Positions 1 to 10,460 are shown, counted from the stretch's first letter. The stretch: DNA of 64,000 nucleotides from Planctomycetota bacterium (GCA_038227875.1 JBBRPR010000004.1:190567-254566), one strand, 5' to 3'. A program made the numbers and translations. Notes: generated from the sequence alone by a model not told the origin.

Positions 1-102
1 AGATTGCTCATATCTGGGCCCTCCGCGCTGCGAAGCGGGTCATCCGTTCGCTTAAGGTCCAATCAATCACGTGAAAGAGGGGTTGTCAAATTTTTTGGCC
101 GA

Positions 103-133
103 CCAATTGTCGCGACAGTGTCGCGACAATTGG
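103..133. repeat. Perfect 15-bp inverted repeat with 1-nt spacer
   Basis: CCAATTGTCGCGACA-G-TGTCGCGACAATTGG; each arm contains the palindrome TGTCGCGACA. Confidence 0.9.
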
Positions 134-164
134 GGATCCTCGTGATTTTTTCAAACACTGATGA

Positions 165-319
165 TGGTGCCACGGATGCACGAAGCCCAGAGCGTAGCGA
201 AGGGCTTCGTTCATCCGTGCGTTGCGCATAGCCAAGCGCGGTTTCGGCATGCTCGGGTCCAACGCACGGATGAACGGATGCTTTCGCTACGCTCAAGCCT
301 CCGCGCATCCGTGGCACCA
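165..319. repeat. REP-like inverted doublet (family A)
   Basis: ~60-bp imperfect inverted arms TGGTGCCACGGATGC...CATCCGTGCGTTG / CAACGCACGGATG...GCATCCGTGGCACCA, each with a TTCGCTACGCTC (or complement) loop; related copy at 21302-21409. Confidence 0.8.
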
Positions 320-444
320 GGAAAACAAATGTTCAAGCTCTATCCGCAAAATGCCGATGAAAGCATGTGCGGAGGTCCTGTCGGTGGGACGTGGGGGCGT
401 CCAGACGCTTCGCACTGCGGCTTTGCTTGACGCTTTGGATCACC

Positions 445-1833
445 ATGGCTCAACTTTCGATCAAACTCCTCTGCATCCCGTGTGTGCTGGCCGCGGTGTT
501 GTTCATGTCGCGCGCCAGTGGCGCGGATCTTGGCGCGGAAGTCGTCGACACACCGAGCGCTGAAAGTACGTCGGTCAGCGCATTGCCCAACGAACCGGCG
601 CCGCCTCCGCCCGCTCCGGAAGAACCGCCGGCGGAAATCATTCCGCTGCCGCCGTCCAAACGCAGTCTCGAGCAATCCAAGCCCAGCCCCGCGCCGAAAG
701 TTGAGAAAGCGGAGAAGGCCAAGAGCACTCCGACTGAAACCAAGACGGACCCGAAGTCCGAGATCAAGCCAGAGAAGATGGAGCCGGCTACTCCAAACAA
801 AACCATCGCCAGCGAAGCGCGCAAGCCGTCCGCAAATTCCTGCTACTTGAAGCCCGCGGAGCCGGGATATCCGACGGTGCTCTCGGGAACGCTCACAGAA
901 GATCTGGAACTCACGCCGCAAATGTCGCCGGTGCTGATCAGCGGGACGTTCATCGTGCCGGAAAAGATCAAGCTTACGATCCAGGGCGGCACGCTGATCC
1001 GGCTACGCGGCGATCCGCAGGGCGTGAAGGCTCCCGGCGCGCCGGACCCGACGCAGAGCGCCGTGGTGTGGATCTGGGGCACGCTCACGACCAGCGGCGC
1101 GACGGGCAATCCCGTTGAGTTCGTGAATCTGGAGAAGGCCGACGGTTCGCTGCTGCTTTACGGCACGAACGACTGCAAGCTCGATGGAGTCCGCCTCAAA
1201 GGCATGAACGTCGCGCAGAGCGGCGGAACGGCGCTGTGGACGAACTGCGAATTCGTGGGCAGCGGCTCGTACGCGATGGCGGCCGGCGCGGGCGTTTTCA
1301 CGCAGTGTACGTTCCGGCGCTTCGGCGGCATCTTCGCGACGTACGATGTCGCGCCGTGGTCGCTGCTGGTGCGCAAGAGCTTGTTTGAGCGCTGCCGCGA
1401 AGGCATCATCCTCGGCAGCAACCCCGGCGAAGCGCGGCTGATCGTCGAGAAGAACCATTTCATCGGCACGCAGGGCGCTCACATCCGCGCGCTGCCGCTG
1501 TCAAAAGGCAAGGCCACGGCCAGTGCCGCCGACGGCAAGAAGCCCGAAGACATGGAAGTGCTGATCGGCGAGAACTGGTACGGCACGTCGATCCCAGAAG
1601 AGACCGACCTGCGCATCGTCGACCGCCGCAACGACCCATCGATCCACGCGCGCCTGAACACACGCCCGCCCGCGAACGCGCCGTACGGGAACATCGGCGC
1701 GGGGATGAAGGTGGCGGTGCTGGAAGCGACGGCGAAGGAACAGCAGAGCGCCGTACAGAAACTGCTGCAGGCGCAGGCCGCCAAGCAGAAGCTGAACGCT
1801 CCGGCGCGGCAGGTGGCGAAGAAGGGTACGTAG
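445..1833 (+). CDS. Secreted hypothetical protein with Pro-rich linker and probable right-handed beta-helix domain
   Basis: ATG 445 begins a signal-peptide-like segment; PPPPAPEEPP linker; SGTLTED...SPVLISG...VPE..KLTI..GT pattern typical of beta-helix proteins. Confidence 0.7.
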   Translation: MAQLSIKLLCIPCVLAAVLFMSRASGADLGAEVVDTPSAESTSVSALPNEPAPPPPAPEEPPAEIIPLPPSKRSLEQSKPSPAPKVEKAEKAKSTPTETKTDPKSEIKPEKMEPATPNKTIASEARKPSANSCYLKPAEPGYPTVLSGTLTEDLELTPQMSPVLISGTFIVPEKIKLTIQGGTLIRLRGDPQGVKAPGAPDPTQSAVVWIWGTLTTSGATGNPVEFVNLEKADGSLLLYGTNDCKLDGVRLKGMNVAQSGGTALWTNCEFVGSGSYAMAAGAGVFTQCTFRRFGGIFATYDVAPWSLLVRKSLFERCREGIILGSNPGEARLIVEKNHFIGTQGAHIRALPLSKGKATASAADGKKPEDMEVLIGENWYGTSIPEETDLRIVDRRNDPSIHARLNTRPPANAPYGNIGAGMKVAVLEATAKEQQSAVQKLLQAQAAKQKLNAPARQVAKKGT

Positions 1834-2020
1834 CGGCGGTTGGCTCTTCACTATGCCATGGGCGTCATTTTTTCCCCAGTAGGCGCACACCAAACTCAAA
1901 AACTACCGTTAACACCTTAAAGACTACGCTCAATTCGGCTTCGCGATTTGTGCAGCAAATTCCGGCTTCCTCCGTCATCCGTTCGGCGTTAACGTTGGCG
2001 GTGGGTCGGACGGGGGCGGT

Positions 2021-2887
2021 ATGACATTTCGTGTGGCAATTCCAGTCCTGGTCGTGGCGTTTTCCTGCGGCGGAGCGTGGTGTGCCAGCGCGGGCAGTTC
2101 GGCGACCGACGAAGGTGAAATCGGGCTGAGCTCCGACGCGAAAAAAGCGGCGCACGAGTGGCTGAAAAAAGATCTGTCGCCGGCGGCGCTCAACGAAGAC
2201 GCGGCGCAGGCGGCGCTGAAACTGTCGCAGGAGAAACTCGACGCCCGCGAACTGGAGTCGATCACCGACGCGATCAAACGCGATCCGGTGCGCGCGGCGT
2301 TTGCCTTTGCGGAATGTTTGAATCCCAAAAACTGCCCCGATCCGCACGTGCGATTAGGCGCGGTGAAGGGCATCGGCTACGCGAACATCAAACCCAGCTT
2401 GGTGAGCAAGGCGCTGGCGGCGGTGGTGATCGCGGAGAGCGATCAGCCCACGCGCACGGCAGCGGCGGACTTGCTGAAGGCCCGCAAAGATCCCGTCGCC
2501 AACAAAGTGCTGGTCGATTACTACCTCGACGCGTTCGACTCCGATGGCGTGCTGCTAAAGGCCGATCACGAACGCGCCGCGATCGCTGCATTGCGTGACG
2601 TCGGCGGCCGCCAGATTTACGAAGCGCTGATGGCCTACGTCACGATGGAAGTCAGCGCCGGCGCGGCCACCGAAGCCGCACCGCCTCAGACCGTTTACAT
2701 CACCAACAGCGGCAACATCAATACCGGCGGCGGCTCGATCAATCTGCCGATCGAACTCCCCAACCTCGAATTGAAGGGCTACCACGGCACGCTTGTCGTC
2801 CCCGCGCTCGGTGCGCTGAAGCAGGTCACCGGGCAGAACTTCGGCCGCAATCTCGATCGCTGGCAAAACTGGATCGCGAAACAGTAA
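2021..2887 (+). CDS. Secreted HEAT-repeat-like hypothetical protein
   Basis: N-terminal signal peptide; helical repeats DPHVRLGAVKGIG, DQPTRTAAADLL; C-terminal ALKQVTGQNFG...W..W motif common in HEAT-like proteins. Confidence 0.7.
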   Translation: MTFRVAIPVLVVAFSCGGAWCASAGSSATDEGEIGLSSDAKKAAHEWLKKDLSPAALNEDAAQAALKLSQEKLDARELESITDAIKRDPVRAAFAFAECLNPKNCPDPHVRLGAVKGIGYANIKPSLVSKALAAVVIAESDQPTRTAAADLLKARKDPVANKVLVDYYLDAFDSDGVLLKADHERAAIAALRDVGGRQIYEALMAYVTMEVSAGAATEAAPPQTVYITNSGNINTGGGSINLPIELPNLELKGYHGTLVVPALGALKQVTGQNFGRNLDRWQNWIAKQ

Positions 2888-3079
2888 CTCTTGAACGACT
2901 ACCGAGAGGATTCATCGCTCCGCAAGATCACATCCCTCCGCATAAAATAGTCTTTCCCTCTTCTGTATCACATATAAAATAGTTTTTGATTGTGTTGAGA
3001 CACTTTCGAGTGACTCGGGCCAATTGGTCCACGTCACTCGGCTATGCGTTGTGTTTCCGTGAACTACCGGAGAACACCT

Positions 3080-6000
3080 ATGCCCGTGAAATGCAGTCAC
3101 TGCAACCGGCTGACGCCCGAGGGCGTGCTCTGTCAGTTTTGCGGAGAACGGTTGGCGGCGCCGGTGGACTGTCCCGGGTGCAAACGCAAGCTCCCGGCGG
3201 GTACACAGAAATGCCAATACTGCGGTGCGCAGGTCGTCGCGGTCAAGCCACCGGATTTGATTCCCTGCCCGAAATGCGGCAAGAAAATGGGTCCGCATCT
3301 CAGCGCGTGTGTAATGTGCGGCGCGGCGCTGCCGCGGCGGCAGCCTCAAGCGGCACAACCCGCACAGGCCGCACAGCCGGAGCAGGCAGCGCGGCCTCCG
3401 CAACCGGTGGCGCCTGCGTCACAATCTCCGCAGGCGGCGCTCATGGCGGAAATTCAAGGGATGCTGCAGGACGCCAACAAGCTCATGCACGCCGGAAAAT
3501 TTTCCGACGCGCTGCCGCTGCTCGAGCACGTGCTGATCCTGAATCCGGCGCTGGCCAACATCTGGCACGTCAAGGCGACGTGTTTGCTCAATCTCGCCCG
3601 CTACGCGGAAGCGGAGAGCGATTACCGCCACGCGTTGAAGTTGAATCCCGATAGTTTCGACAGCACGCACGGCTTCGCGCTGTGCCTGCGCGAACTGGGG
3701 AAATACGACGAGGCGCTCCCCGCGGCGCTGGTGTTGATGATGAGCAAGCCTAACGTACCGGACTTCGCCAACCTCGCCGGATTCTGCTACCTGAAGCAGG
3801 GGCGCATCGACGAAGCGTTGCGTTTTCTAAAACAGGCGATCGATGCCCAGCCCAATCGAATCTCCTATTGCATCGACTACGGGCTGGCTCTGCAGATCGC
3901 GCGAAAGCAGAGCGACGCGGATGCGTGCTTTGAGCGCGCTTCGAATCTCGACCCGATCAGCGCCCGGCCAAATTTCTATCGCGCGACGCGGCTGGAACGC
4001 GCCGGCAAGTTGCCGGACGCGGCGGAATTTTACTACCGCGCCTCCGTGGGCTTCATGATCGAGCAGCGCAAAGCTCCGCTCGGCGCGCAGATCGCCAGCG
4101 AATGCGCGCAGGCGCGTGACGGCATGAAGCGTTTGAAGGCGCATCTCCCGCGCATCGCCGAGGCGGGGCCGATGTTCGCCGAAGCGGTGAAAGCGGAAGG
4201 CAGCGGCGAGATCAATGAAGCACTCGCGATGTACGAGGAAGCCGCGGTGCTCGACCCGGACAATGCCAAAGCGCTGGAGGGTGTCGTCCGCATGCGCAAA
4301 GCACGAGCGGAAGCAGGCCGCGCGCCCCAGCCGCAAGCGCCTCGCCCCGCGCCGACGCCGGCTCAAGCCGCGGCACCCGTTCAGCCCGCACCGTTTGAGC
4401 CGGAGGGTTTGCTGCGCGAGGGCCTCGAATTTGAACTCGCGGGCCAGAAAGAGAAGGCGCTCGACTGCTACGGCCGTTATCTCGCCAACCCGCCGATGCA
4501 ACGCGAAGCACTCAACTTTGCGCGGCAGCATCTGGCGCAGATGATCGAAAGCCTGCGTCCGCCGCGCGTGAAGCCGCCGCCATCGCCGGCCTCGGCATTG
4601 CTGGATCGCGCGTCGGGCCTCATTGGCAAGCAGCAGTACCAACAGGCGGTCAGTGTTTACGACGAAGCGCTGGAACTGGATCCCAACAGCATCGTCGCGT
4701 GGCTGAACATGGGCGCGTGCCTGGATCAGCTCGGCAGGCCTGAAGACGCGATCAAGTCCTTTGATCGCGCGACGGTGATTCTCCCAAAGATGGCCGGCGT
4801 GTGGCTGATGCGGGCGACCAGTCTGAGCGCGCTCAGGCGCCACGAGGAGGCGCTGCGCGATCTGGACAAGGCATTACAGCTCGATCCGTACGAAAGCCCG
4901 GCGTGGTGCAACAAGGGCAGCTGCCTCAATGCGCTCCACCGTACCGACGAAGCGCTGAAATGCCTGGAACGCGCCGTGATCCTGGAGCCGTTTAATCTGA
5001 TCGCCTGGTTCAACAAAGGCTGCTCGGAACGGACGCTGGGAAAGCGGGACGCGGCGATGGCGTCGTTCAAGCGTTTCCTCGCGCTCGCGCCGCAGGGCGT
5101 GGAAGACATGGTCGAAGATGCGCGGCGCATGCTCAAAGAGCTGGAAAGCGGCGAGTCCCGCCCCACGCACCGCGAACAGACGTTGAAGCTTCCCGCCAAG
5201 CCGCAGGAAATCATCGGCAACTACGAGATCTACAAGGAGCTCGGTCGCGGCGGCATGGGCGTCGTCTACCTCGCGGTGACCCGCGACCACGAAGAAGTCT
5301 GCGCGCTGAAGACGTTCCTCAACCCGACGGATACCGCTGCCGTCGAAGCCTTCAAGCGTGAAGCAAAAACGTGGATCGATCTCGACCGCCATCCGAACCT
5401 GGTCAGCGCGTTTTACGTCGATGAACTCCGCGGCCGGCTGTACGTGGCGGTGGAATTTGTGATGCCCGGCCCGGAAGGATTGAACTCGCTAGAAGGATAT
5501 CTGCGCTCCAGTCCGCCGGGTGTCAACCAGGCGCTGCGCTGGTCGATCCAATTCTGCCACGGCATGGAATACGCGTACACCAAGGGCATTCGCTGCCACC
5601 GCGATATCAAGCCGGCGAACATCATGATCGACTGGCAGAAGAATCTGAAGATCACGGACTTTGGACTCGCCGCGGCGATGTCCTCCTCGGCCGACGGCCA
5701 GACGCAGCTCAACTGCCGCGGCGGCGCGGTGGGGCTTTCCGTGCACACGGAAGGCGGCGGCGCCGGCACGCCGACGCACATGCCGCCGGAACAGTGGCGC
5801 AGCGGGAGCGCCTGCGACGAGCGCAGCGACATCTACGCCTTCGGCATCACGCTCTACCAGATGGCGGCGAAGGGCAAGCTGCCGTTCCTGGCGCCGATGC
5901 CGAAGGACGATTCGCCGCAGGAATACCAGCGCTTCATGGTTCAGATGTACCAGTTGCATTGCGCTGAGACGCCGAAGCAGCTGGACTCGATCCTCTGGCC

Positions 6001-7723
6001 GCTGATCGAACGCTGCACGCAGAAGGATCCGGCGAAGCGCTTCCAGAGTTTCCGGCAACTGCGCTACGAACTGGAAACGCTCTTGAAAGGCCAGGCGCAG
6101 GGCGAGACCGTCGCCGCACCCACCGTCGGAAAACTCGATCTCAGCGAACGCGTCAACAAGGCGTTGAGCTTCGAGGCGCTCAACCGGTTCGACGACGCGA
6201 TGAAGCTTCTGGAGGAAGCGCTGAGCGAGGAACCGAATCATGGCCCCGCGTGGGAGGCCAGGGCGCACACGCTCGACGGCATGGGTCGGACCGACGAGGC
6301 GTTGAAAGCGTGGGATAAGGCGGTGGCGCTTGATCCCCGGTCGGCCAACGCGCAGATGAACAAAGGCAGTGCGCTGCTCCGGGCCGGGCGCGTGCCGGAG
6401 GCGCTGGCGTGCTACGACCAGGCGCTGGCGGTGCGGCCGAATTTCGCCGTGGCGTGGCGCAACAAGGCGCGCGCGTTCCTTAAGCTCAACCGCGACACCG
6501 ATGCACTGGCGTGCAACGAAAAAGCGCTGTCGCTGGAACCGGAGATCGCCATCAACTGGAAGGAGAAGGGCGACACGCTGCGGCTGCTGGGCCGCCACGC
6601 CGAGGCGGTGGAGTGCCTGGCGCACGCCGTGAAACTCGATCCGGCCAACGCCGACGCGTGGAACCTGCTGGGCGAATCGCAGATCGCGCTGCAGCAATTC
6701 GAGGCGGCGCTGCAGAGCCTCAACACGGCCGTGCGCCTGGATCCGCGCAACTATGCCGCGTGCGTCAATCGCGGCGGATGCCTGACGCGCGCCGGACGCC
6801 TGGCCGACGCGATGGCCTGCTTCGACACGGCCACCACGTTGATCGATAAGCCGGCGATGGCGTGGAACAACAAGGGCGATCTGTATGTGCGCCAGAAACA
6901 GTTCGACAAGGCGCTGGAATGCTTCGACCGCGCGCTGGAGTGCGATCCGGATCTGGAACTGGCGCTGCATAACAAAGCCCAGCGCCTGCGCGATCTGGGG
7001 CGGCTCGACGAGGGACTCGCCTTGCTGGAGCGAGGCCTGACCGTGCATCCGAAGTCGTCGATGCTCTGGTATTTCAAAGCCGAATTCCTCAAACAACAGC
7101 AGCAATTCTCATCCGCGATCCTGGCGTACAAAAAGGTGATCGAATTCGAGAAAATCAACACGCGGGCCATCGGACTGGCGTGGAGCCACAGCGGCGAATG
7201 CAGCGAGAAGATGGGCCAGTTCGGCGACGCGCTGGTGGCGTACGGCAAGGCGCTGCAAATCATTCCGAATTCCATCGACGCGGCGGAAGGCGCCGAGCGC
7301 TGCCGGCGCAAAGTTCAGGGCGGAGCGGCCGGCACCGTCGCGACGACGAAGCATTCGCCATCGGTCGACGCGTGGTTGCAGAAGGGGCGGAAATTCGTCG
7401 ACGAAAAACGATGGATGGACGCGGTTACCTGTTACACCGAAGCGCTCGATGAGGATTCCAACTGCGCCGAGGCGTGGTGTGAGCTGGGGCGGGCGCTGGG
7501 TGTGCTGAAGGAGTATCCCAAGTCGATCATCTGCCTGAAGAAGGCCCTGGTATACGCACCGAATTCGCCGGCGATCTGGCTGAACAAGGCGATGGCCGAA
7601 GATGCCTCGGGCCTGCACGCCGACGCAGTGGCCTCGTACAAAAAGTTTGTGTCGGTGGCGACGCCCGATCTGGCGCGGCACGTGGAACACGCAAAGACGC
7701 GGCTTGCCGCGCTCGCGCGTTAA
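3080..7723 (+). CDS. Ser/Thr protein kinase with N-terminal zinc ribbons and TPR arrays on both sides
   Basis: GGAGA RBS before ATG 3080; six CxxC motifs; kinase motifs LGRGGMGVVY, ALK, HRDIKPAN, DFG, GTPTHMPPEQ, DIYAFG; many 34-aa TPR repeats. Confidence 0.95.
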   Translation: MPVKCSHCNRLTPEGVLCQFCGERLAAPVDCPGCKRKLPAGTQKCQYCGAQVVAVKPPDLIPCPKCGKKMGPHLSACVMCGAALPRRQPQAAQPAQAAQPEQAARPPQPVAPASQSPQAALMAEIQGMLQDANKLMHAGKFSDALPLLEHVLILNPALANIWHVKATCLLNLARYAEAESDYRHALKLNPDSFDSTHGFALCLRELGKYDEALPAALVLMMSKPNVPDFANLAGFCYLKQGRIDEALRFLKQAIDAQPNRISYCIDYGLALQIARKQSDADACFERASNLDPISARPNFYRATRLERAGKLPDAAEFYYRASVGFMIEQRKAPLGAQIASECAQARDGMKRLKAHLPRIAEAGPMFAEAVKAEGSGEINEALAMYEEAAVLDPDNAKALEGVVRMRKARAEAGRAPQPQAPRPAPTPAQAAAPVQPAPFEPEGLLREGLEFELAGQKEKALDCYGRYLANPPMQREALNFARQHLAQMIESLRPPRVKPPPSPASALLDRASGLIGKQQYQQAVSVYDEALELDPNSIVAWLNMGACLDQLGRPEDAIKSFDRATVILPKMAGVWLMRATSLSALRRHEEALRDLDKALQLDPYESPAWCNKGSCLNALHRTDEALKCLERAVILEPFNLIAWFNKGCSERTLGKRDAAMASFKRFLALAPQGVEDMVEDARRMLKELESGESRPTHREQTLKLPAKPQEIIGNYEIYKELGRGGMGVVYLAVTRDHEEVCALKTFLNPTDTAAVEAFKREAKTWIDLDRHPNLVSAFYVDELRGRLYVAVEFVMPGPEGLNSLEGYLRSSPPGVNQALRWSIQFCHGMEYAYTKGIRCHRDIKPANIMIDWQKNLKITDFGLAAAMSSSADGQTQLNCRGGAVGLSVHTEGGGAGTPTHMPPEQWRSGSACDERSDIYAFGITLYQMAAKGKLPFLAPMPKDDSPQEYQRFMVQMYQLHCAETPKQLDSILWPLIERCTQKDPAKRFQSFRQLRYELETLLKGQAQGETVAAPTVGKLDLSERVNKALSFEALNRFDDAMKLLEEALSEEPNHGPAWEARAHTLDGMGRTDEALKAWDKAVALDPRSANAQMNKGSALLRAGRVPEALACYDQALAVRPNFAVAWRNKARAFLKLNRDTDALACNEKALSLEPEIAINWKEKGDTLRLLGRHAEAVECLAHAVKLDPANADAWNLLGESQIALQQFEAALQSLNTAVRLDPRNYAACVNRGGCLTRAGRLADAMACFDTATTLIDKPAMAWNNKGDLYVRQKQFDKALECFDRALECDPDLELALHNKAQRLRDLGRLDEGLALLERGLTVHPKSSMLWYFKAEFLKQQQQFSSAILAYKKVIEFEKINTRAIGLAWSHSGECSEKMGQFGDALVAYGKALQIIPNSIDAAEGAERCRRKVQGGAAGTVATTKHSPSVDAWLQKGRKFVDEKRWMDAVTCYTEALDEDSNCAEAWCELGRALGVLKEYPKSIICLKKALVYAPNSPAIWLNKAMAEDASGLHADAVASYKKFVSVATPDLARHVEHAKTRLAALAR

Positions 7724-7941
7724 CTGCGGCTGCTATTTCCGCAGCCCGGGCATTGCAGGCCCGTGCCGCTGTCGTCGAGCAGCACGCGGGCGTCACAGAC
7801 CGGGCAGATACTCTCCCGATGTTCCATGTAGGCGCGCATCAGCCAGGTGCGCTCGTCGACCGTCCATTTTCGGAACGTGGCATGGTGTTGAGTGAACGAG
7901 CGCATTCGTTCGCGCCGCATGGGATTAATAAGCGTGGGCAT
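7720..7941 (-). CDS. Small zinc-ribbon protein
   Basis: AGGAG RBS 5 nt upstream of ATG; CPVC...CPGC; 3' end overlaps the kinase stop codon. Confidence 0.6.
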   Translation of the reverse strand: MPTLINPMRRERMRSFTQHHATFRKWTVDERTWLMRAYMEHRESICPVCDARVLLDDSGTGLQCPGCGNSSRS

Positions 7942-8048
7942 AAAGTCTCCTCATACAGTCCGCTCATCGGTCGGAAAAGGCATTGCTGTAGCCGGAAATT
8001 GCATTAATGACACGCTGGCGAGGCATCATCTTTCCAGGAGCACGTGTG

Positions 8049-9713
8049 ATGACCACCAATCCGGACGACCAGGTTCACATTCGTCCGCTTCCCCATCCTT
8101 TCCCGGATGGCGAAGAACAGTGCGAAACGTTGCGGCAATGGCAGCCGCTGGAATTGATTTTCACCGCGGCCATCACGTGCGCTCAGCCGCTCGACGCGTG
8201 GGATTTTCGCGCGGTTTTTACCGGGCCGGATGGCAGTCGTCTGGATGTCTCCGGCTTCTGCGACGGCCAACGGCGCTGGGTGATTCGCTTCCGGCCGGAC
8301 CAGCCTGGCGCGTGGCGCTTTGAGACGCGTTGCTTGTCGGTCGAGAGCACGTTGAACGGACTCAGCGGCGCGTTCACCATTGAGCCGCGCCTTGCGGATG
8401 AAGCGAATCCGCTTTTCTTTCATGGCGGAATTCCACGCGTCGGCGCGACCGGGCGGCATCTCACTTACAGCGACGGCACGCCCTTTTTCTGGCTCGGCGA
8501 CACGTGGTGGTTCGCGCCGTCGAAGCTGGTGCCGTGGAATGGGTCGAGCAAGCCGGGCGTGGCGTCGACCTTTCGGCTGCTCGTGGAGACGCGTGCGTCG
8601 CAGGGATTCAATACCGTGCAGATGGCATTTCTCGGCGGCGCTGAAGCTGACGCGGGTGGCGGCGACTGGCAACTGGCGCTCGAGGGGAAACTCGACGCGG
8701 CATACTGGCGGCGCATCGATACGTGCCTGGATTTTGCCAACCGCTGCGGGCTGATGCCGGTGATCGGTTTCGGGTTCCATCAATCACTGAACGCGCCGAC
8801 AGCCGGACAACTCCAGCGTCTCTGGCGCTACGTGCTGGCGCGGTACGGAGCGCTGGCGGTCACATTTCTGATCTGCGGCGAATACAATCAAGGCGGCGGA
8901 ACGGACGCGGCCGGCAAGGTCAATCATTCGTTCACGGAGACCGATGCCGCGCGCACGCAGAAGATGATCGAACTCGGAGCGTACATCAAAGCGCACGATC
9001 CGTGGAAACGCGCGATGACCGTGCATCCGTGGGCGTACAGCGTGGAAGGGCGCCACGCGTGGGGCGCGCCGTGGCTGGACTTCACGTTGATCCAGGGAGG
9101 CCACGGTAAGGACGGTCCGCCGGCGTCGTACTACCGAGAAATCTGGGATCGCTCGCCGAGCCGTCCGCTGCTCGAAGGCGAAGTGACGTACGAGGGCATT
9201 TTCGGATTTTCAGATTCGATCGTCCGCTGCAATGCGTGGAAAGCGGTCTGCTCCGGCTCATGCGGATTTACCTATGGCGCGCAAGGGTTGTGGTACCCGA
9301 ACCAGAATGCCGAGGACACGAAATTCAGCGAGTGGGGACCGACGCTGCCCTGGTGGGAAGCGCTGGCGCGACCCGGCGGCGTGCAGATGGGCATCTTGCG
9401 GAGCATCGTGGAAAGCGTGACATGGTCGCGGCTGGAACCCGTACCGCCGATCCGCGCCGAGGGCACGGACGCGGACGTATTCGTGACCCGTGATCGCGGG
9501 CGCGCGATACTGGCGTACGTGCCGGAAGGCGTGCCACGATCCGCAAAGATCGTGTTACCCGAAAAAGACGCGACGAAATGGCGCGCCACGCTCGCCGATC
9601 CGCGGACCGGCGAACGGCACGCCGCCGTGTTCCCTGCGTCAGTCCCGGACGGCGGGATCGCGTTGCCAGACCGTCCCGACGAGCGCGATTGGGTCTTCGT
9701 GCTCGAAACCTGA
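8049..9713 (+). CDS. DUF5060/DUF4038 (apiosidase-like) putative glycoside hydrolase
   Basis: AGGAG RBS; motifs WVIRFRPDQPGAW, DGTPFFWLGDTWW, QGFNTVQ, WLDFTLIQGGH, GEVTYE, GFTYG. Confidence 0.8.
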   Translation: MTTNPDDQVHIRPLPHPFPDGEEQCETLRQWQPLELIFTAAITCAQPLDAWDFRAVFTGPDGSRLDVSGFCDGQRRWVIRFRPDQPGAWRFETRCLSVESTLNGLSGAFTIEPRLADEANPLFFHGGIPRVGATGRHLTYSDGTPFFWLGDTWWFAPSKLVPWNGSSKPGVASTFRLLVETRASQGFNTVQMAFLGGAEADAGGGDWQLALEGKLDAAYWRRIDTCLDFANRCGLMPVIGFGFHQSLNAPTAGQLQRLWRYVLARYGALAVTFLICGEYNQGGGTDAAGKVNHSFTETDAARTQKMIELGAYIKAHDPWKRAMTVHPWAYSVEGRHAWGAPWLDFTLIQGGHGKDGPPASYYREIWDRSPSRPLLEGEVTYEGIFGFSDSIVRCNAWKAVCSGSCGFTYGAQGLWYPNQNAEDTKFSEWGPTLPWWEALARPGGVQMGILRSIVESVTWSRLEPVPPIRAEGTDADVFVTRDRGRAILAYVPEGVPRSAKIVLPEKDATKWRATLADPRTGERHAAVFPASVPDGGIALPDRPDERDWVFVLET

Positions 9714-10460
9714 TCAGACGGCCGGCGGTTCCTGATAGCTGTTGAGTCGGTGGTGATCGGTGCCGCGCACGAGAATCGCGCGGTGGCCGGCGTGGAGCTT
9801 TTCGTGGTTGATTTCCACGAACGGTACGGTGAAGCGGCAGGTCATTCCCAGGCGGCGTTTGTTGGAGACGTTGGCGTTGGACTGATGTAACGTGCGCTCG
9901 CTGAAGATGAAAAACTGACCCGGCTTCAATTCCATCGGGACGATCTTCTGCTTTTCGGGCACAACGCCTTCGGCCATTTCCTGAAAGGCCATCTCGTCTC
10001 CGGCTTTGACGTGGCGGAGCACTTTTTTGTGCGAGCCGGGGATGAGATTCACGCAGGAATTTTCGACGGTCACTTCATCGATCGCGATCCACGCAGAAAG
10101 ATTGATCGGCGGGTCGATGGGCCAGTAGTTGAGGTCCTGGTGCCACGGAATTTCCTTGTCGCCGGGATGCTTGACCCAAAAGTACGTCGCCCAGAGCACC
10201 AGGTCGGGTCCCATCAGGCTGTTGATCCGATCGACGATCGCAGGGTGCGAGGCAAGATCGTAAACGGTCCGCTGGTCCATGTGGCGCGACTGGATATTTT
10301 TGGCGCCCGTTGCGCTCTTTTGATTCATGATCGCATCAATCCTGTCGCGGATCACGGCCATCTCTTCCGGGGAACAGAGCGTGTACGGTCCGAGATAGCC
10401 GTCGGCGTGGAACCGCGTGATCTCTTCCTTGCTTAAAGCGCACTCAGTGGACGTCTGCAT
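9714..10460 (-). CDS. Phytanoyl-CoA dioxygenase (PhyH) family Fe(II)/2-oxoglutarate dioxygenase
   Basis: FHADGY, PWHQD (HxD), WIAID, IPGSH, distal H and R; RBS AGGAG upstream of ATG 10460. Confidence 0.9.
   Translation of the reverse strand: MQTSTECALSKEEITRFHADGYLGPYTLCSPEEMAVIRDRIDAIMNQKSATGAKNIQSRHMDQRTVYDLASHPAIVDRINSLMGPDLVLWATYFWVKHPGDKEIPWHQDLNYWPIDPPINLSAWIAIDEVTVENSCVNLIPGSHKKVLRHVKAGDEMAFQEMAEGVVPEKQKIVPMELKPGQFFIFSERTLHQSNANVSNKRRLGMTCRFTVPFVEINHEKLHAGHRAILVRGTDHHRLNSYQEPPAV

Noticed and set aside
9714..10460. Possible non-heme iron halogenase (SyrB2/CmaB type)
   Set aside because: Retains HQD; halogenases replace the Asp with Ala or Gly; no carrier protein or NRPS nearby
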